DNA of 64,000 nucleotides, from contig JYFJ02004390.1 of NCBI GenBank assembly GCA_000934665.2, forward strand, positions 1 to 64,000, given 5' to 3'. A program made the position numbers and the translations under genes. Below the pieces are notes generated by a model that saw only the letters and a program-made list of their open reading frames with translations, was not told the origin of the DNA and did not search any database. Positions within the stretch are counted from its first letter, which is position 1. Each line of letters starts with the position of its first letter. Below, one piece after another: positions 48,235 to 62,271 of the stretch. This DNA comes from Catajapyx aquilonaris (lineage: Eukaryota).

Positions 48235-51076
48235 TAATACGTTACTCTATAACTATCCGCTTCAAAATAACTGCTTAAAATAAGCAGCTTAGTGTGAAAA
48301 GTACTACGGACGCTTCAACAGGGACACATTGTGTACAGTTTTATTATTTGCTTAATTATACATTTTGACATGCCAGCATCTCCTAATGCAGCGTCTGACA
48401 AGTGGACATAACCCTCATAATTATGCTAACTGAAACAGAGAAAATAAGTTTTTACAAGCCATGAAGCGAAAGTATACCATGGACTTAATGACAACGAACC
48501 ATCACATTACATTATAGCGGAATGAAACCTATTTTGAGCTGTTTTGAAGCCGTATCCTTGAGTGGCAAAATATTCGTAGGTGGGTAATAACCACCTGTGT
48601 AATGTCCCTGCACGAAGTGGAATCTGGGAACAGTTGCCTTAGGAGGGCGGATCTTCTCAGCGGGCCCTAAACCTCATATCTTGAAGCGGAATCTGCCTAA
48701 CCTTATCCAAAATACTAGTGTCAACAGCAGTAATGATCCATTTGGCAGCTCTCCTGAATTGTCTTCTAGGCTGCTGCATGTGATCGATACCTAGCTGTTG
48801 ACTCCTCAGGGGCCTCTTTACGCGGGATATAACTCCAGGCAAGGATATCGTCCCTCCATATAAGACACCATTTTCATGTCTAAGGAGCTCCTGACGGGCC
48901 CTAGACTCTCCCTTTAGGCTGTATCAAAATATGTACGTGTTTTCAGGTTCAGTTATAACCGTCACAAAATCAGATTAGTTTTACAGCACTGCGCAAAATG
49001 TGTCTTGCCATGTAGGCTGCCGGTGATTGATAGGTACATTTGGAACTATTAATCATGGCGGCAATGAGTCCACAATGGATGCCTTGTAGGTCTTTAGAAT
49101 CTCCTGTCACAGACAAACATATTTATGTGGCCTGGTGTGATTAGTATTCAAATGCGTTTTGTTTGGTGGATGTATTGAATTAGTGGGGGCTTATTTGACG
49201 TAGTGTGTTTTTATCGCGTGTCAATAAAACATTCGGGTGATGTGGTGACATAGCCCTCCCTCCCTCCACCAATTCACCTCCTCCCATTACAAAAAAAAAA
49301 TCAAATCCCTTGTGCAAGTGAAGTGAGATTATTAATTCATGAACGGGGTAAATTAGTTTTTGGAACGGGTTAATTTGATTTGAGCCGTAGCTTATGTTTC
49401 CCTCATGAGGGAAATGGAAGTAACACAAGATTTTACATTGGCGGAGTTTCCTTACTGCTGGAAGCAGACTCATCACCCGCTTCCCCGTCGACAGGAAACC
49501 TGTTAATGTATACGTGGAACCATCTAATTACATGGTGAAACTTTGATTTGGGTCGTTGCTCAATCCGGCCCTTATCATGGCAAGATTCACTTAACCGGAA
49601 ATTTAACTGCTACTCAAAACCAGCCGGCAAGAATTCATCACGAATGGTTGGACCTTAATCCTAATTCGGCGTGAAATTTCTCTCGCGTTTGATTTGAGAC
49701 TATGGTGACCTTATAATTGAGGCGTCTAATTTCTCTATCGACGTATAGAACTGAAATGAAGCAGCTGTTTTTACCCACAAACCCACCGGAATCACTGGAG
49801 GTACAATAACTTATTACGTCGGCTTGATACAAAGGGATCCGGCCATCCACAAGAGTATTATAGGTTACTTCAAAGACGCTAATAAATTATCAACTTAGGC
49901 TTCCCTTTTCAGAGAGGATTCATTGCACCGGAAATTTTAATGACTGGGGTCAAAGATGTTCTCAAAAGCTTTTATGCTGAAAATATTTTGCTGAAATGTG
50001 CAGGTTACGTTATTTTGATGTGCTTGTATGGATTTTAAAAACTTTGTCCTCGTTATCTGTTGGAAACATTTATAGAAAAATGTCTAGGAAACAAAATGAT
50101 ATGCCTAACAAGGAATGTATCTTGCTTACAAAAGGTATGCTTATCAGGCACGAATAACTTTATTGGCTCCTCTGCTTATGTATAGCTGTTTTCCAATAAC
50201 CATACAGTGTTGGGTTAGAGCAGTTGAAAGTAAACATGTGCCCTGAATTTAGCGTATACTCCCTTAGACTATGTGGCCAAAAAAGGAGTAGGCCTGCAAT
50301 CTGACTCCTCTTTTTCTACTCCGTACCTGATGTCAAAATTCAGACTAAGGGCGTACATTTCCGGATTATAGCTTTGGGCCTCTGATACAGTCATTGATGA
50401 GGCCAATTGCCCATTTTTGGACGTTTTCAATAATAAAAATGTCAGGTTGGAAAACAAACAGATGCCCTTTATAACGGGTTAGGCAAGTTGCCCGACGTGA
50501 TAAACTAATGGACTGGGAGAGTCTCGTGCTATTACAATTTATGACAATCAATTAAGAAAAAAAAATGCGAAATAGGTGGCTGATACATGCCCATGTGAAT
50601 CATATTTGGCGTAACCTAGTGTCAGACCAATTTCCCCTCTTGAATGAGGCCATAAGGTGTTGTACCTGGGAAGTCCAGCTGGTAATTAGAAAATAATGTT
50701 GGGTAAGTGTTTCTCAGACTGCTCATCAGAGAATACGTTTGGATCTTATAAATATATTAGGATAATTGAAATGTACGGTATATGGTGAAAGCTCCTTAGA
50801 TTTATTAGCAAAGAAGGCTTACAGTTCCAAGCAGCTTTTGTAATTTCTTTCTAACATAAAAGAGGATTCAATACTGTTTCCAGGCAGATCATTTCATAAC
50901 GCATTTGTTGAAATTATGCATAAATTACCTGGATGGTTCAAGTCTGGAGTATATACATCAAATGTCTGTGATGCAGTATATACGCTATCGTTTAACTTTC
51001 ACTATTGTGTTTACGTATACTGTGCGCGCGCGAAATTTTTCTTTATTTTACGTATTATTACATTAAGAGTGTCACG

Positions 51077-51364
51077 ACCGAAGCAGTGGTGGCGGAGGGG
51101 ATATGGTATCTGACTGCTAATCGGGAGGTCCTGGGTTCGAATCCCGGTGCCGGCAACTCTAACCGTGGTTTTCTGTGGTTTCCCGGTTCCTCCAGGAGAA
51201 TTCCGGAGTTGTTTCCTAAAATAATATGCCACAGCCGCCTCCTTCCTTTCCTATCCCATCCCAAAAAGCGCAGTAAAACGAAACGAAGAGTTCCAGTCAA
51301 AAAAAATATCCCCCCTAAAGAGCCGCCAGCTGATTAAACGGGGTATGAATTCTTATTTATTATT
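51077..51364 (+). mobile_element. tRNA-derived SINE, short form
   Basis: A-box-like GTGGCGGAGGGG and B-box GGTTCGAATCC. Central GGTTTTCTGTGGTTTCCC domain. (TTA)-rich tail. 15-bp TSD ATTAAGAGTGTCACG (51062-51076, 51365-51379). Confidence 0.9.
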
Positions 51365-51673
51365 ATTAAGAGTGTCACGTTGTTGTTATGCAATGACATT
51401 TATTGAAACAAACGATCTGTAGAATCAAAGAAGCAGAGAACAACGCATACTTTGGATTTTCAAAAAAATCATCTCAGTAATCAGGGAAAAGTATTCTGCC
51501 GCATCTTAAGATACGTAATGAACTGGTAATCCTAATTTTATTGCAGCTTCATTTAAACAGAGACTACCCACGATTATTTTTGTCTTCATAAGTGTTAATT
51601 ATGTACCTATTAGCCTGCAACCTTTATTATCAGTCATGCTGTTCTCACAAAGAATATTGAAATACATAATAAA

Positions 51674-51677
<4 letters not shown>

Positions 51678-51724
<47 letters not shown>
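51678..51724. repeat. (TTA)n microsatellite
   Basis: Direct reading. Confidence 0.95.
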
Positions 51725-54700
51725 TGAATTTGTTTCTTGTCCCACTACTAATAAAAACATCTACATAAAGCGAACACTAATAATAGAGCAAGAAACTTTC
51801 TTCCTCTCAATTTTGAAGGACAACCATCTGACACATCTTCACGTAGGCTACAGTACGTCAGTGTCAGCACATAATATTCCTCCTATGGAGAGAGCTTTCC
51901 GATGTTACCGTCCAGAGATGGAGGTTTTTGCGTCGATTAAGTTCGGATGCCCTGTTTGTGGCTTGTTAATTAGTTTATAGTTCAGAAGTTGAGCGAGTTT
52001 CTCTCTCTCCTTTTCAAATCCCTTCCTAAGCTCTGGTCATGCTGCTCACCTACCCGGGCCTCCGGGGGGGGGGGGGGGGGGGGNATGGCGCATGTGGATT
52101 TACAGTATAAGTGATTGTGCCAGGAAACTGCTTTGGCCTACCAAATAAATTAAATTCGCTTCAAGACCTGCACTGTACATGCGATAATGAGTTTACAGTT
52201 TCACTCGGTTACTTTGCACGAAACGACTTCTGCACATACTGAGCTTGGTTTTACCACCTCAAGAAGTTTGACAATTTTGACTGCAGGTTATTCAGGTCGG
52301 AGTAAAACATTCGCAATGACCTAAGGCTGCGGAGTATTTCTTGCTACGAAATCCTATTTCTTGAATATATTTTTGAACAACCTTGGAACTTATTCAATAT
52401 GCAAGTTTCGATTGAGTACAGCATATTCCATCAGACCTTATGAAGGCGCAACCTACTTTCCACCGTTTGAAAATGAAACTTTACCTCCATAACGCAGCAT
52501 AAAAATGAGGACAAGACCAATATTTGTAATGAGTAACAAGTTTTGCGTGATCACACATTTGAGGTGGGTCTCAAAATTTGGCAGTCAGCCTGTTCACGGG
52601 CATTAGCACGGAATTATCGTGGCCTGCCCCCGTTGCAGCCAGCAAAAAGAGACAGATGTGGAGCGCGGTGTTTGCGGGTGTGATGCATGCACGTGCACGT
52701 GTAGTGTGTGTGGCGTCGAATCAGTGGCAGTGAGCCTAACGAAGGCCGAGCAAGGGGGTGGCCGGTTATAAAACGGCGCTTTAATTGGAGCCATTAGGCC
52801 AACGACGTGTTGGGAGATAGGCGGTTGGCATGCCGGAGTGGGGATTAAAAGCATATCGGGATTTGCCCATAAATCCGGGACATTGGACGCTCTTTGGTGT
52901 CACGGACTGTACGTGCTCTTCAAATCTATTTTTGGGGGCTGGGACCGTGTACACTTAGCCTACCTACAAGTTCTGATTCGTCAGATGATGCAGGGTCCTA
53001 ATCAGAGACCGGCTGCAGGTGACAGCATCGGTCGGACTTTTTTTCCCCCGCCCCTTCACCCAGAAGCCACCATATGTTCTGGAGCGTTGCAGTGCAAAGA
53101 CAAGTGGATATTACCCACCAAAGTTTTCCGGGAAATAATTGCCGTCCTGTCCGGGGGACATGGCCAACAGGGTTATTTCACGCGGTTCCAATTGCAGAGG
53201 AGATTTTTTTCCCCCTCGTGTCCTGAGAGAAAGGGTAGCAGTGGTGGGAGCCATTTTGGTGGTGGTATAGGAGGAAATGGCGGCCATCATCCAACATGGC
53301 CAGATCTGCTTTTGGAAGGTTTGGCCGCAGCTGAAAAACTGGCGACAGTGATCTCTGATGGAAATCAACGAAGGGATAGCCTGCTGGAAATGACAGCATG
53401 GAAATATTTTTAATGCTCATGGTTAGATGCCGTATAGTCGATATTTCCATAAAGAGCTGCGATATGTAAAGTGCAGCCATAGCAGGGCAACTGGAGATGA
53501 GAATCAAAAATGCGTGATAAAGTATGATATGATGGGCTGTACTGTGTACTGCTGTGTTTCCACGTCAAAGTGCCACTGTAGGGTTTTGAATGTTATTCAG
53601 CGATTATGCACCTACTTAGCTCGAGAGGGTGGTTTAGTAGCCTGTACTGTTGGTCTCTGCATGTGCTCTAAGGACAAATACTGGATACATTCGGTCCGTC
53701 ATTTACATGAATAACTCGCGAAGCATACCAGCTCTGACACAATACTCAAATTAAAAGAAATTTTCTAAACCAATCAATGTTATCGAAAGGCACAATATTG
53801 TAAGATGCAGACTTTTGTCATTGATCTGGAAATAATATTCAAAACAGATTATTTTTCACCTTGTCTTATACACCAGATATGGTCAGATTTTGACGGCTCT
53901 TTTGTAAGCTATATAGCTGTTTTGTAGCTGTAAAGCTATCAAACAGGCGTATTGAGGTACGTGTAAAAATATAAAAAAAGAATCCATCTGGTCCGGGAAA
54001 GAGCGTTTTGATATAAATCCAAGAAAGAATGTCAGAAATTAAGATAAGTAATTTGTAGGACACCTACATCTAATCGTTTTCTAAGGTTTTCGGTGCACTG
54101 ATACCTGACCATCTACAGTAGAAAGTAGTGTAGATAAATGAAATTATTGTGGAATTGCAAAACAAGAGTTTCTTAGTTGAGATGCGGGAGTCAGATTGCT
54201 GCAAATTTGCAATGTTTAAGTTTCAAATGGCCACAAAATGACTTAGAAGCTGCAAATAATTTTCATGTCAATTTTTATGGTATTGGGGTATACGACAACT
54301 TATTTTAAAGTGATATATGGTTAATGTTAAATGACACATAATGAATATGACTGAGAAATAATATTCTACCATTTTCAACATATGGTATTCCAATGGGATT
54401 TCAAGGCCATTAAATATTAGTTTCAGTGAATAATATGTAATACGAAAAATTCAAATTAACACTACATAAAGAATCCTGGCTCCTGGGGCCACTTGAAACT
54501 TGCAAAACATGCAAAATGCCGGTAAGAACAAATTCTATAAAGCCATAGTAATACACAGAATAATGTGTCTGGTTTTGGTGTTAGTATAGAACACTCATAA
54601 TTCTGTTTAAATCTAAAATTTACGTTATTCAGCAATTAAAACATTTCTGAAGTGCTTATTATTAGGCAAGGAGTTCCGTGGTTTTGGCCTTTTATATAAA

Positions 54701-55502
54701 GTTGACTTACACCATGCTTTCTACTAGCACAGGAGATGGTGACTAGTTTTCTGTATCGTAGGTCTGATCTATGGATTAAAAGGTAGAAGAGCCTCATCAC
54801 CTGAGGGAAGTGGGTGGAGGCAGGGGAGAGTGGCGGGTCAGGTAGGGGGGCATTCTCTGGTGGGCGTGACTTGTCCTAGAAACTACCTTCTTAACCGTGT
54901 AGAAACATGTCGCGACGCCGCGCCGCGCCGCGCCGCGTCGTCCGGGACCTCTGTGTATTAAAGGACTCTTACGGGTGTCCCCATTTTTTTGCCATTAAGC
55001 GTCACTTTTTCGACCAGACAATGTGTCAACTGAAAGAAAAGGTTGTATTCTAGGTTTCTGTAAAGTTATTTGCTCTACACTCAGGCATTCTCCTGATATT
55101 TCATGGATTAAAAAGCCATACCAGCTCAAATCTGAAATTTTTACGGCTTAAATATCATAAAGTGTGACAATAGAATATTATAGGAATTCATAATGAACAT
55201 TCCTCTTAAATGTGATCATGTCATATTTCACAGAAATTTGGTGGATTCCTTGACATTTGTGTTTAGGCGAGATTTTATTGGATATTTAATAAAATTGACG
55301 CTCTTGTGCTTTTTGTGTTTATCCTAGATTCTGTGCCCAGAAAAATGTCATAATTTGGAAAAATATTCGTTTATAAGCCATTTATAGTCCTTAGACACAT
55401 AAGATAACTTGTGTAGGCATATATTTGGTAGCTTAAGTACACCATTTTTTGTCATGAACAGTTGCGTATAGCTGGTAGTGTGAATCTACAATACGAACTT
55501 TT

Positions 55503-55910
55503 ACCGAAGCAGTAGTGGTGTAGTGCATATGGTGTCCGACTGCTAATCGGGAGGTCCTGGGTTCGAATCCCGGAGGCCGGCGATCCTGACCCTGGTTTTC
55601 TGTGGTTTCCCAAGGTCGCCCCAGGAATAATTTCCGGGATCGTAGCGTAAAATAGGCCACAACCGCTTCATTCCTTTCCCTTTCCTGGAGGAGGTGCGGG
55701 TCAGTGGGGAGTTTCTGACTCGCATATAGGGGTCATCTTGGCGAACGGGCCCCCTGAGGGACTGCACACGACCCCCAACCTGAGACATTGCACATGCACC
55801 AGTGTCCCCCCCTCCTATCCCTACCCTGTCCCTGCACGATAGTGGTAATCCACTCCCCTAAGAGAGCCCATGGCTCTAGCACGGGGTATATTATCTATAT
55901 ATTTTTTTAA
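55503..55910 (+). mobile_element. tRNA-derived SINE, long form
   Basis: Same ACCGAAGCAGT head, B-box and central domain as 51077. 10-bp TSD ACGAACTTTT (55493-55502, 55911-55920). Confidence 0.9.
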
Positions 55911-58500
55911 ACGAACTTTTAAAATACCGGTAGGAGTATTACTATGCACTTATAAAATACCACTAATCTATCCCGAGGGAAATTAACAACACCATAAATA
56001 GGATGAAAACACAATCTCAAAGAATTTTATTTTCCAAATGCAAGACAGCCACGTTTGAAAGAGTGGCCATACGGGAAGAGCGACTTACGTATTTCAAACT
56101 ATCACTGAGGACTTTTAACTATTCAGTAAGCCACTGCACTCTGCTACGCTATGCACGTATTTTCTTTCATCCATTGATGTTGACTAACCTTCATACCTCA
56201 ATTGTTGCCCACGAAGTCTACACTCCAGGGGCAATGTGAATGAAAAGGTGCCCCTAGCGAGTAGACTTTGTGGCGAACAATGAAGGAACAAGAGTTAGCG
56301 AACATACCAGGATGAAAAGGTAGTGTCGAGGACAGCTTCTATTCTGTACATAGGTGGTCTGAACTTAGTTTCAATGAACACGAGGCAAAACTTGATCTCT
56401 GGCTATAAAAATATAAATGGGACCAAATATATAATGCATACATAAATATATTATATTTTTTTCGACATAATTACTCTAACGTAAATAGGCTATCACTAAT
56501 TAGACTATATTACTCATCAGAAGAGTGCATACAGGAGGCTATTGGTTGCTATTTACTCCCCTGTTACTGTTTATTTAATTATGCATGTAACTCCCAAATT
56601 AAGCGGTGAAAGGTATAACCCTCCCCTTTAAACGACTTTAAATGGTGCATTATTTATAAGGACAGGGAACAGCAATATGTACACCGTAGTTACCTTACAT
56701 ATCTGACTAAGGCCATGAACTACAATGGAAGAATACAGTATTTTCATTAGGCACACACAGGGATTTCATTTCAACGATATTGCACGGTACTCCAAACCGA
56801 TGCACAAAATGAGTATACTGTATATGTGCCCCAAGCAGCAGATGGCAACTATTGAAATTCCCCATTTAAACCTGACATCTAACTCGATGAAAATTCCTTT
56901 TCTTCGGTAACGGCTCAGCAGCAACTGCTTTGTATTCAACGAGACCCATGCCGCCAAGTCTGTCTTCGGGAAGTGACGAATTCCCCGTCGGGAACCACCA
57001 CCCGTTTTGGAAAGTCCTCTCATCCTCCCCAACATTCCCTGGGATGAGGTCACCGAGAAGGTCGCCCTAGTCCTCTCGAACCGACACTCTTAATCACTCC
57101 GAGTCCGGGCCGTCACGAAGGGCTCCACAAACATGAATATTTTCCATTGGGGACTTGGCGAGACTCGGCTAAGAAATGTGTCCCAGATGAGTGCCTAACA
57201 CTGACTAGTGAAGCAGAGGCAAACGAGGAGCCTCCCGTCTGCTCAAACAATGACCACAGGAGTAACGGGGAGAGGGGATGTAAAAAACGATCTTGATCCA
57301 CTCAAACTTTTCCATTCCATAGGGGCGTTTTGTATTCGGAACCACTCCTCTAACCAGCTCAGAGAAGGAGAGATAGAGAGAAAGAGAGAGAGAGAAAAAA
57401 AGGAAATATTAATATATGGGAAGATGGGAGAATGTCATAGGGAGGAGCCTCTGCATTCCTCGCAAGTGAGCGAGTGAAGAAAAATATCTTTGTGGCATGA
57501 CTCGCATTGAAAGTGATCACGGACATTACTGAAGGTCGTATTGATTGATCCAGAAGGTAAAATACATAGAACTATAGCAATGCCTACTAAACTTTGTCGT
57601 ACTACAATACTACATTATCTGCAGTTTTCACGACAACCAAACTTATTTTTGTTTTTGTCTTTCTCACATATTACTTGGCTGCGAGCAGTGTGTGTTGCTT
57701 TATGATCCGTACGGATGTTCAGTTTTTTGGCAGAATCGCGGGTGCTATTAGGTGAGACATGGCATGAAGTATGCAATTAGTTAGGGCTGAACTAATTTGA
57801 CACCTTTTTGAGTTTAAGTGCTTATCGTTTTACATACTTCAATAATTATTAATTCATCTGAACTGGCAGATTCGCCAAAAATGTGCAATTGACGTATAGC
57901 TAATGCAATTATCCTTCAGTGCAGTTCAATTTAATTAAAGATAACCCACCGAATGAATCACTTTGGGGTTAAAGGAAAGTTCTGCTCTCGGTGTTAGATG
58001 AAGTGCACCTCGTCGTCATTCTCACCTCATTTCTCGTCTTGAAAACCTGGGTAGGCAGGCTGTTGCCTTTGATAACCCAGTTCTGCAGTAGAACAACAGC
58101 GTCATTATTATTCAAGAGGTTATCGATTAGCGTCATGGGATGGGCTTATCAAGCTAAGTGGCTGAGAAGCTGGTGCGAGACATACGGCGTTGCTCAGGCC
58201 GGCTTTACGAGACTCAATTTCTGACCTAAACTATATGTCAGCGTCTAATTTATTGGTTCTGGGTTTACTTTGCACGAACGGGCTCTCTGTTCTCATATAA
58301 GCTGAACACTGATGTGGGAAGGAGCCAACTACATCATCATAATGGGGAGAGTATAACATGCGGTTGGATGCAGTGAATTTTCAAAGGAAGTGCGGAGGCA
58401 AAGTATCCATAATGAGGATGAAATTGGGATTTGGAAAGGCAATATATTGCTAGATAACACGTGTTACAGTAAATGAAGCGAATTATTTCTAAATGGTTAA

Positions 58501-59120
58501 GCTCTGTGAATATGATAAAAAACTGTGCGTTTAATTTTTCAAAGCGTGATGATTAAAGCTATTACTTATATTTTCAGGTAATGATTAACTACAAGTACTT
58601 GCATGCCGTGATTACTCATAAGGAGAGTCTGAACTCAGTGTGATTGTTTGATGAGCATCCTTTTATTGTACGGCCATCGTATGAGAAGAACTATAATTAG
58701 GCATATTGAGGCCATCTGATTCGTCAAAGGATGCATTTGACATCTCAATGCATTGGCTTGTAAACTACACTTGAACTAAATGACCTTACACTCTTCTGGC
58801 TCTGAATAATTAAGTCTAGGACTATACTAAATTAGTTTTTGAGGGAGCCCAATATTTGTATAGTCGGTGTCAATGGAAGTCCGGATTCCCGCCTCTCCAC
58901 TTCTCCGAATCAGATGGCCTAAATATGCCTAATTATCGTTCTTCTCATATGATGGCCGTACAATAAGAGGATGACCATTACACATTCACGCTGAGTTCTG
59001 ACTCTCATTATCAGTAATCGCGGCATGGAGAAGTTAAACATTACCTGAAAAAGATAAATAATTGCCTTTATCCTTACATTTGGTAAAATCGTATAATTTT
59101 GTCATATTTACACACATGCA
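58501..59120. mobile_element. Older foldback element (diverged arms, ends uncertain)
   Basis: ATTGTACGGCCATCGTATGAGAAGAACTATAATTAGGCATATTGAGGCCATCTGATTCG pairs with 58906-58965. Similarity decays outward. Confidence 0.7.
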
Positions 59121-62100
59121 CACACCCAGCCCTGACATAATTCTGACAATATTTTTTGCAGTATTTGATTATGAAGAATTTGAAACAGGATATTAAGCCT
59201 ATATAGACAATGTTTTTGAATTTCCGGCAGTGTGGATCAGATTGAATCAATAGGGTGGGGGAGGGGGGTTAAGTTGGACCACATGATGTGAATATGTGAC
59301 AAGATTGAAATCTGTGGCGTATGGGTCCATTTCCATTTATGGCCCACCAATGGAGAGGAGGAAGGAAAATAATAACACAAACGGGCGACAAAAAGAGCAG
59401 AAAGCATTGTCACATTATTGTCAGGTTCCGACGTAGTACGTGAACTTGACACTTATCATTGGCTAACATACGTTTTTTTTGTTGAATTTATGGATTCACA
59501 CTGAAGTGTTTATCTTATGCCACAAAATGATTTACCTTGCCTCATACAAGAACTCACCCCTTGTTTTATGCTACCATTCAACAAGCCCCGTACACCTTCA
59601 CGATTCTACCTGCCCCCCCACCAGGCAGATAGAATCACTTGGGGACCTGGCGCTAATAAGTTTAGTGAATGACTTGACAGTTTTGTTATTGAGGTAGAAA
59701 TGAAGAAATGCAGAGCTTCAAGAGTGACAACAATCTGGGCAAATGGGAGTATGTTTGGGGGGGGGGGAGTTGAAATGAAAGATGATTCCACCTGTCCCAC
59801 TCTACCCTACCAGTTATTTTTCAGAAAACCAATTGTTTCAAATCTCAATAATTCAGGTTCCACTTTCTGGCTGAAAAAATGACGAAAATGGAAAATACTC
59901 TGTCGTCTATACTGTCAGCTGTTTGGATCAATAATATCTCTTGCCCACTCTTTCAAATTCTGCTAAATACACCAATATGCGTGTTTTTATGATGTTTTGA
60001 ATGCATAATTGCATACGGACCCAATTAAGCTGCACTTGGGATACGCAGTGGGTCAGTGGAGTCAAATCATGGCATTTCTTGTTATTAAAGGGTTCAAGTG
60101 TTTACAGAATGGTGTGAATCCATAGATTATTAGTAAAGGTTATTTCAATGCGATGTCTGTATAGCCACATTACTGCTGAGATTAGATTGCATTTTCCTGC
60201 ACTGTTAGAAACTTCATAAAGGCAAAGTACCTTAATTTTTTTGCCTAAGCACATAGGCTACCCAAAGTTATGCTTTGAGGTGAGTTGGTCCACACACATT
60301 CTCGAAAGTTTTGCAATCACAGGTTAAAATTGGGCTTACTTTTTTTGCTAGATTAACGAAAACCGTTGTTTAAAATAACTCCCGATTTCTCAATCAGATA
60401 ACTGCTTTCTGGCCTCTTTTTACGGTGTGCTTGCGTCGATCCGACTTTCCGCGCCACATCCTCCCAAGTTGCATACCCCGACTGGTCTTCCCCCCAGCGC
60501 TATGCAAATCCCTTATCCACAATTGACATGAAGGACTGACGGTAGTAAGATATTGTCTTAAGGAGGGTTTACACGAGGCCGCTGATAGCAAATAAAATAA
60601 CAAAGTTGCGTGCCGAACTCTCCGCCAAAGGGAGCCAAGACCACTAGTCCGCAGCTGCATCTGCGGGACTGTTTCAGCCTCGTGAGTTCACACGCTATTG
60701 TGTTTTTGCAGCACGCAGGCATGTAGTAGCCGTAGTAGAAAATAACACAATAATTATTAATTAACAATTATTAATGTTACGAGAGGAATAAATTATTATT
60801 ACATATTTAATGTGGGTTTCTGACATTGCAGTTGGAACAGTGTGAGAATATGACCTGGAACCCCGGATGGACGTGAAAATCAACAACCTCTGTTACTGCG
60901 TAAAGATTTGTCCTTTGAGCAAATCAGGGGCTTTGGCAGGCATGCCATCACTCACATCCAAGGCGCGCATTCGATTTGTCTCCTCCCATGACCCCTGATG
61001 CTCCCATGTTCGTCCCCTTGTAACTTGTTAACGAATATAGTGAGAATTACCAACCAAGCTGCATAGCACGGGGGTGCTATAAACTTTCCGTTGTACTTGT
61101 TAACATTTCCGGCTGCCCAAAATTACCGTTGGCGCAGTGCTAAATAGTGCACTAAGATATGTTCTAGGGTACAACAATATGATCATCTAGCAGTTGGCGG
61201 ATACCTAAAATTTGGACTAAGGACCTGTTAAAATGTTGCCCGGGGTAGACTATTAAATTGAGTGTTTCCCAGAAATAGTTTGAAGCTTATAATCGACTCA
61301 TAATCCTCACAGGGTTGGGGATTTTAATAAGCAGCATTAATGGTATTCATGCGACTCTTTCCTATAACTATGTACAGTATTTATTTATAGCAAGTTACAT
61401 ATTCCAGGCATATAGTGAATAATCAGACTAAATACGGTAGCTATTAATTGACAGTCCCGTAATACTAGAAGCAAGATGATTCACTTTTAAATGGTGCAGT
61501 ACAGATCATGTAGGAACTGCAAACTAATCTACTTACACGCATTTAGTTGTGGACATGCAACTTTTCGATTTTTCAATTTTTGATGTTTTTCTGGTGAGGC
61601 TCTTTATTTATAATGCAGTGCATGATTATATGATATGTTTAGAACTCGTCTAAATGAGCCCACAGGCTTCGTGTAGCAGGAGCTGTGTATGGATCAGAAA
61701 TTCTGATTGACTCGTACCCTTTTGGCAGGCCTTGGGATAACCCAGTATAGCGTTCATTGCCCTGCCGTGTTTTCTTCTGCCTTCGTCCCACACTGAAAAT
61801 TCCAGGTGCATGAAATTTTGGACAGACAAGCGGTAAAGTCGCTGCAATGTAAATAAAATCATTAAGATTTTTGAATTTAGGCTGAATAATTATTTCCTAT
61901 TCCAAATGAATTTTAGTTCATTGCACCAACTTTAACATAAATAAATAAATAAATAGTGGAATTTTTTAACCCACAGATATGCATAAGTGTCCTGATTGAG
62001 ATGTTTCACTACGTAAAAAAGACTAGGGAGGTCAGAATAGCTTCAGCAGAGATACTGGAGAGAAGGAAGAGAGAAGCGGGGCCTACAGAAGAGTAGTGGC

Positions 62101-62271
62101 AGTCTAAGGAGAGCATGGCAAGATCAGGAGGTATGGTGATCAACCTGAAGTGGTGTCTCATAGTAAGGGAGCCGCCAAATATGGGGAAAATATAGGGGAG
62201 GAATTAATATATTTTGAATGTGTATCTTGTTAAAAATAATGACATGCTATTATGAAACAGAGGCTAAAATA

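Noticed and set aside
50708..50732. Minus-strand CTGATGA...GAAAC resembling a hammerhead ribozyme core
   Set aside because: Stem II does not close properly and no stem III or cleavage triplet follows.
51077..51150. tRNA gene (also 55503-55575)
   Set aside because: Acceptor stem is not formed, and the sequence continues into a SINE body with TSDs.
20800..52850. Recurrent GGATTA/TAATCC (K50 homeodomain) sites in the islands
   Set aside because: The number noticed does not exceed the rough chance expectation for a 6-mer over ~30-45 kb.
52838..53413. 191-aa ORF, and similar ORFs at 20927-21493, 24894-25280, 32064-32621 and 42970-43380
   Set aside because: No recognisable domain, composition unlike real proteins, mostly non-ATG starts, and no splice-supported structure.
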